From a virus (Duplodnaviria > Heunggongvirae > Uroviricota > Caudoviricetes), in IMG/VR virus record IMGVR_UViG_3300005512_005684, positions 39,003-103,002 of that record: a DNA stretch of 64,000 bases. One strand, given 5' to 3'. How positions within the stretch are numbered: position 1 is the stretch's first letter; each line of letters begins with the position of its first letter. A program made the position numbers and the translations under genes. Shown here piece after piece: positions 63,089 through 64,000 of the stretch. The notes under the pieces were generated by a model. That model was given only the letters and a program-made list of their open reading frames with translations, had not been told where the DNA came from and ran no database searches.

Positions 63089-64000
63089 ATGGCCAAGAGT
63101 ATTGTCGCCTATCACCGAGGTCGGGTTGCTGCGAAGCGTAAATCCAAGGGTAAACGGCCTAGTGCCGCGTCTCGGATCAAGGGTTTGACGTATCAGTTGA
63201 AAGATACCCGACTCAGTTTGATTCACGATCAGTCGAACAAGGTGGTGGGTACGTGGGAGATTGTGCCGAGTGAAGCGCCGGACTTTGCCAACTTGTTCAA
63301 CCGTTCTGGCTTGAAAGACATTGACTGGACCCAAGACGAACAAGGGATCCAGGAACAGATACCGACAATCTTGAAAGCCTTGGAGGAGATCAAGAAAAAG
63401 ATCATCGAACAACGAGCCGAAGGTAGTGACGAGTACACATACATGTTTGGGCAAAAGCCACTCAGTCGTGTCCCGACAGGGAAGGTGTACAAGAGCAAGC
63501 AAAAAGGAACGTCGAAGGGTCGGAGCAAGGTTGTCAAGGTCAACGAGGAAAACGTGCGTCAGGTTTTGGAGGGAATGGAGAAAGGTGAGTTGATCAAGGT
63601 GAGAGCGAAACACTCACGCGCCGGCGAGAGCGACTACCGTGTTGAAAAGCATGGCGACGACAAGTTCATGATGTATCGTGAACATACCGGCCAGCCGAAG
63701 CGTTCACCGTACAAGCCGCTGGATATGGTAGTCGAGATACTGGTCGGTGACGGTTCGGCGTTGCGAACGGTCTCTGACCTGTACAAGTGGGTCGCAGAGA
63801 ATGGTTCGGACATGAAGGGTTGGGGTAAGAGCGTGCTCCGAAAGATGGTGTCCGATGGTGTCATGAAGGATACGAAATACAACAGAGAGGAAATTTTCGT
63901 GTTGGTGGACAAGGCCATTCAGGAAGGTCTCGACCAGAGACGTTCCTGGGAAGAAATAGTAGAGGCGTGTCAGGCTGCTACCAAACGACACGTGTTTTCT
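63089..64000 (+). CDS. hypothetical protein truncated by the window end (leader MAKSIVAYHRGRVA)
   Basis: Read by hand: open frame from ATG 63089 to the window end (304 codons), absent from the supplied ORF track. Confidence 0.7.
   Translation, partial: MAKSIVAYHRGRVAAKRKSKGKRPSAASRIKGLTYQLKDTRLSLIHDQSNKVVGTWEIVPSEAPDFANLFNRSGLKDIDWTQDEQGIQEQIPTILKALEEIKKKIIEQRAEGSDEYTYMFGQKPLSRVPTGKVYKSKQKGTSKGRSKVVKVNEENVRQVLEGMEKGELIKVRAKHSRAGESDYRVEKHGDDKFMMYREHTGQPKRSPYKPLDMVVEILVGDGSALRTVSDLYKWVAENGSDMKGWGKSVLRKMVSDGVMKDTKYNREEIFVLVDKAIQEGLDQRRSWEEIVEACQAATKRHVFS

Noticed and set aside
1-64000. Genome-wide TAG-to-Gln recoding
   Set aside because: TAG cleanly ends many genes followed at once by a new start (e.g. 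1162, 58143, 63087). Long genes are intact under code 11, and only one interrupted gene was found.

Overview
This 64 kb window looks like part of a large dsDNA bacteriophage genome. Essentially all plausible genes lie on the + strand, tightly packed with ATGA/TAATG overlaps. There are no rRNA or housekeeping operons, and most of 12.9-53.9 kb is small hypothetical or Zn-finger ORFs. Recognisable genes: an RNA-ligase-like nucleotidyltransferase, SAM methyltransferases, a 1,346-aa methyltransferase-like/SF2 helicase/repeat fusion, a sulfotransferase, three glycosyltransferases, an HTH-macrodomain fusion, a dCMP deaminase, a FliA/WhiG sigma factor, XRE and MerR regulators, a DUF1016-N protein, a nuclease-fold protein and an ADP-ribosyltransferase-like protein. 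The main result is at 58.6-62.5 kb. Two Cas7-like RAMP genes, with their own promoters, precede a non-CRISPR array. Each array unit is [45-49 nt tRNA-like element with acceptor stem, mini D-arm and T-arm] + [about 60-70 nt tract of GTT-NN pentamers with variable NN] + [conserved ACAACAC-N6-GTGTTGT hairpin]. A small ORF sits inside the array and a nuclease-fold gene follows it. I infer an RNA-guided system with discontinuously coded guides released by host tRNA-processing enzymes; this is untested. The second result is a cassette of 10 small genes at 4.4-8.2 kb. They share a 5' DNA motif, and most share an N-terminal MANxKELxxFE leader resembling capsid-targeting sequences of internal virion proteins. 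All family assignments come from motifs read by eye; no searches were run.
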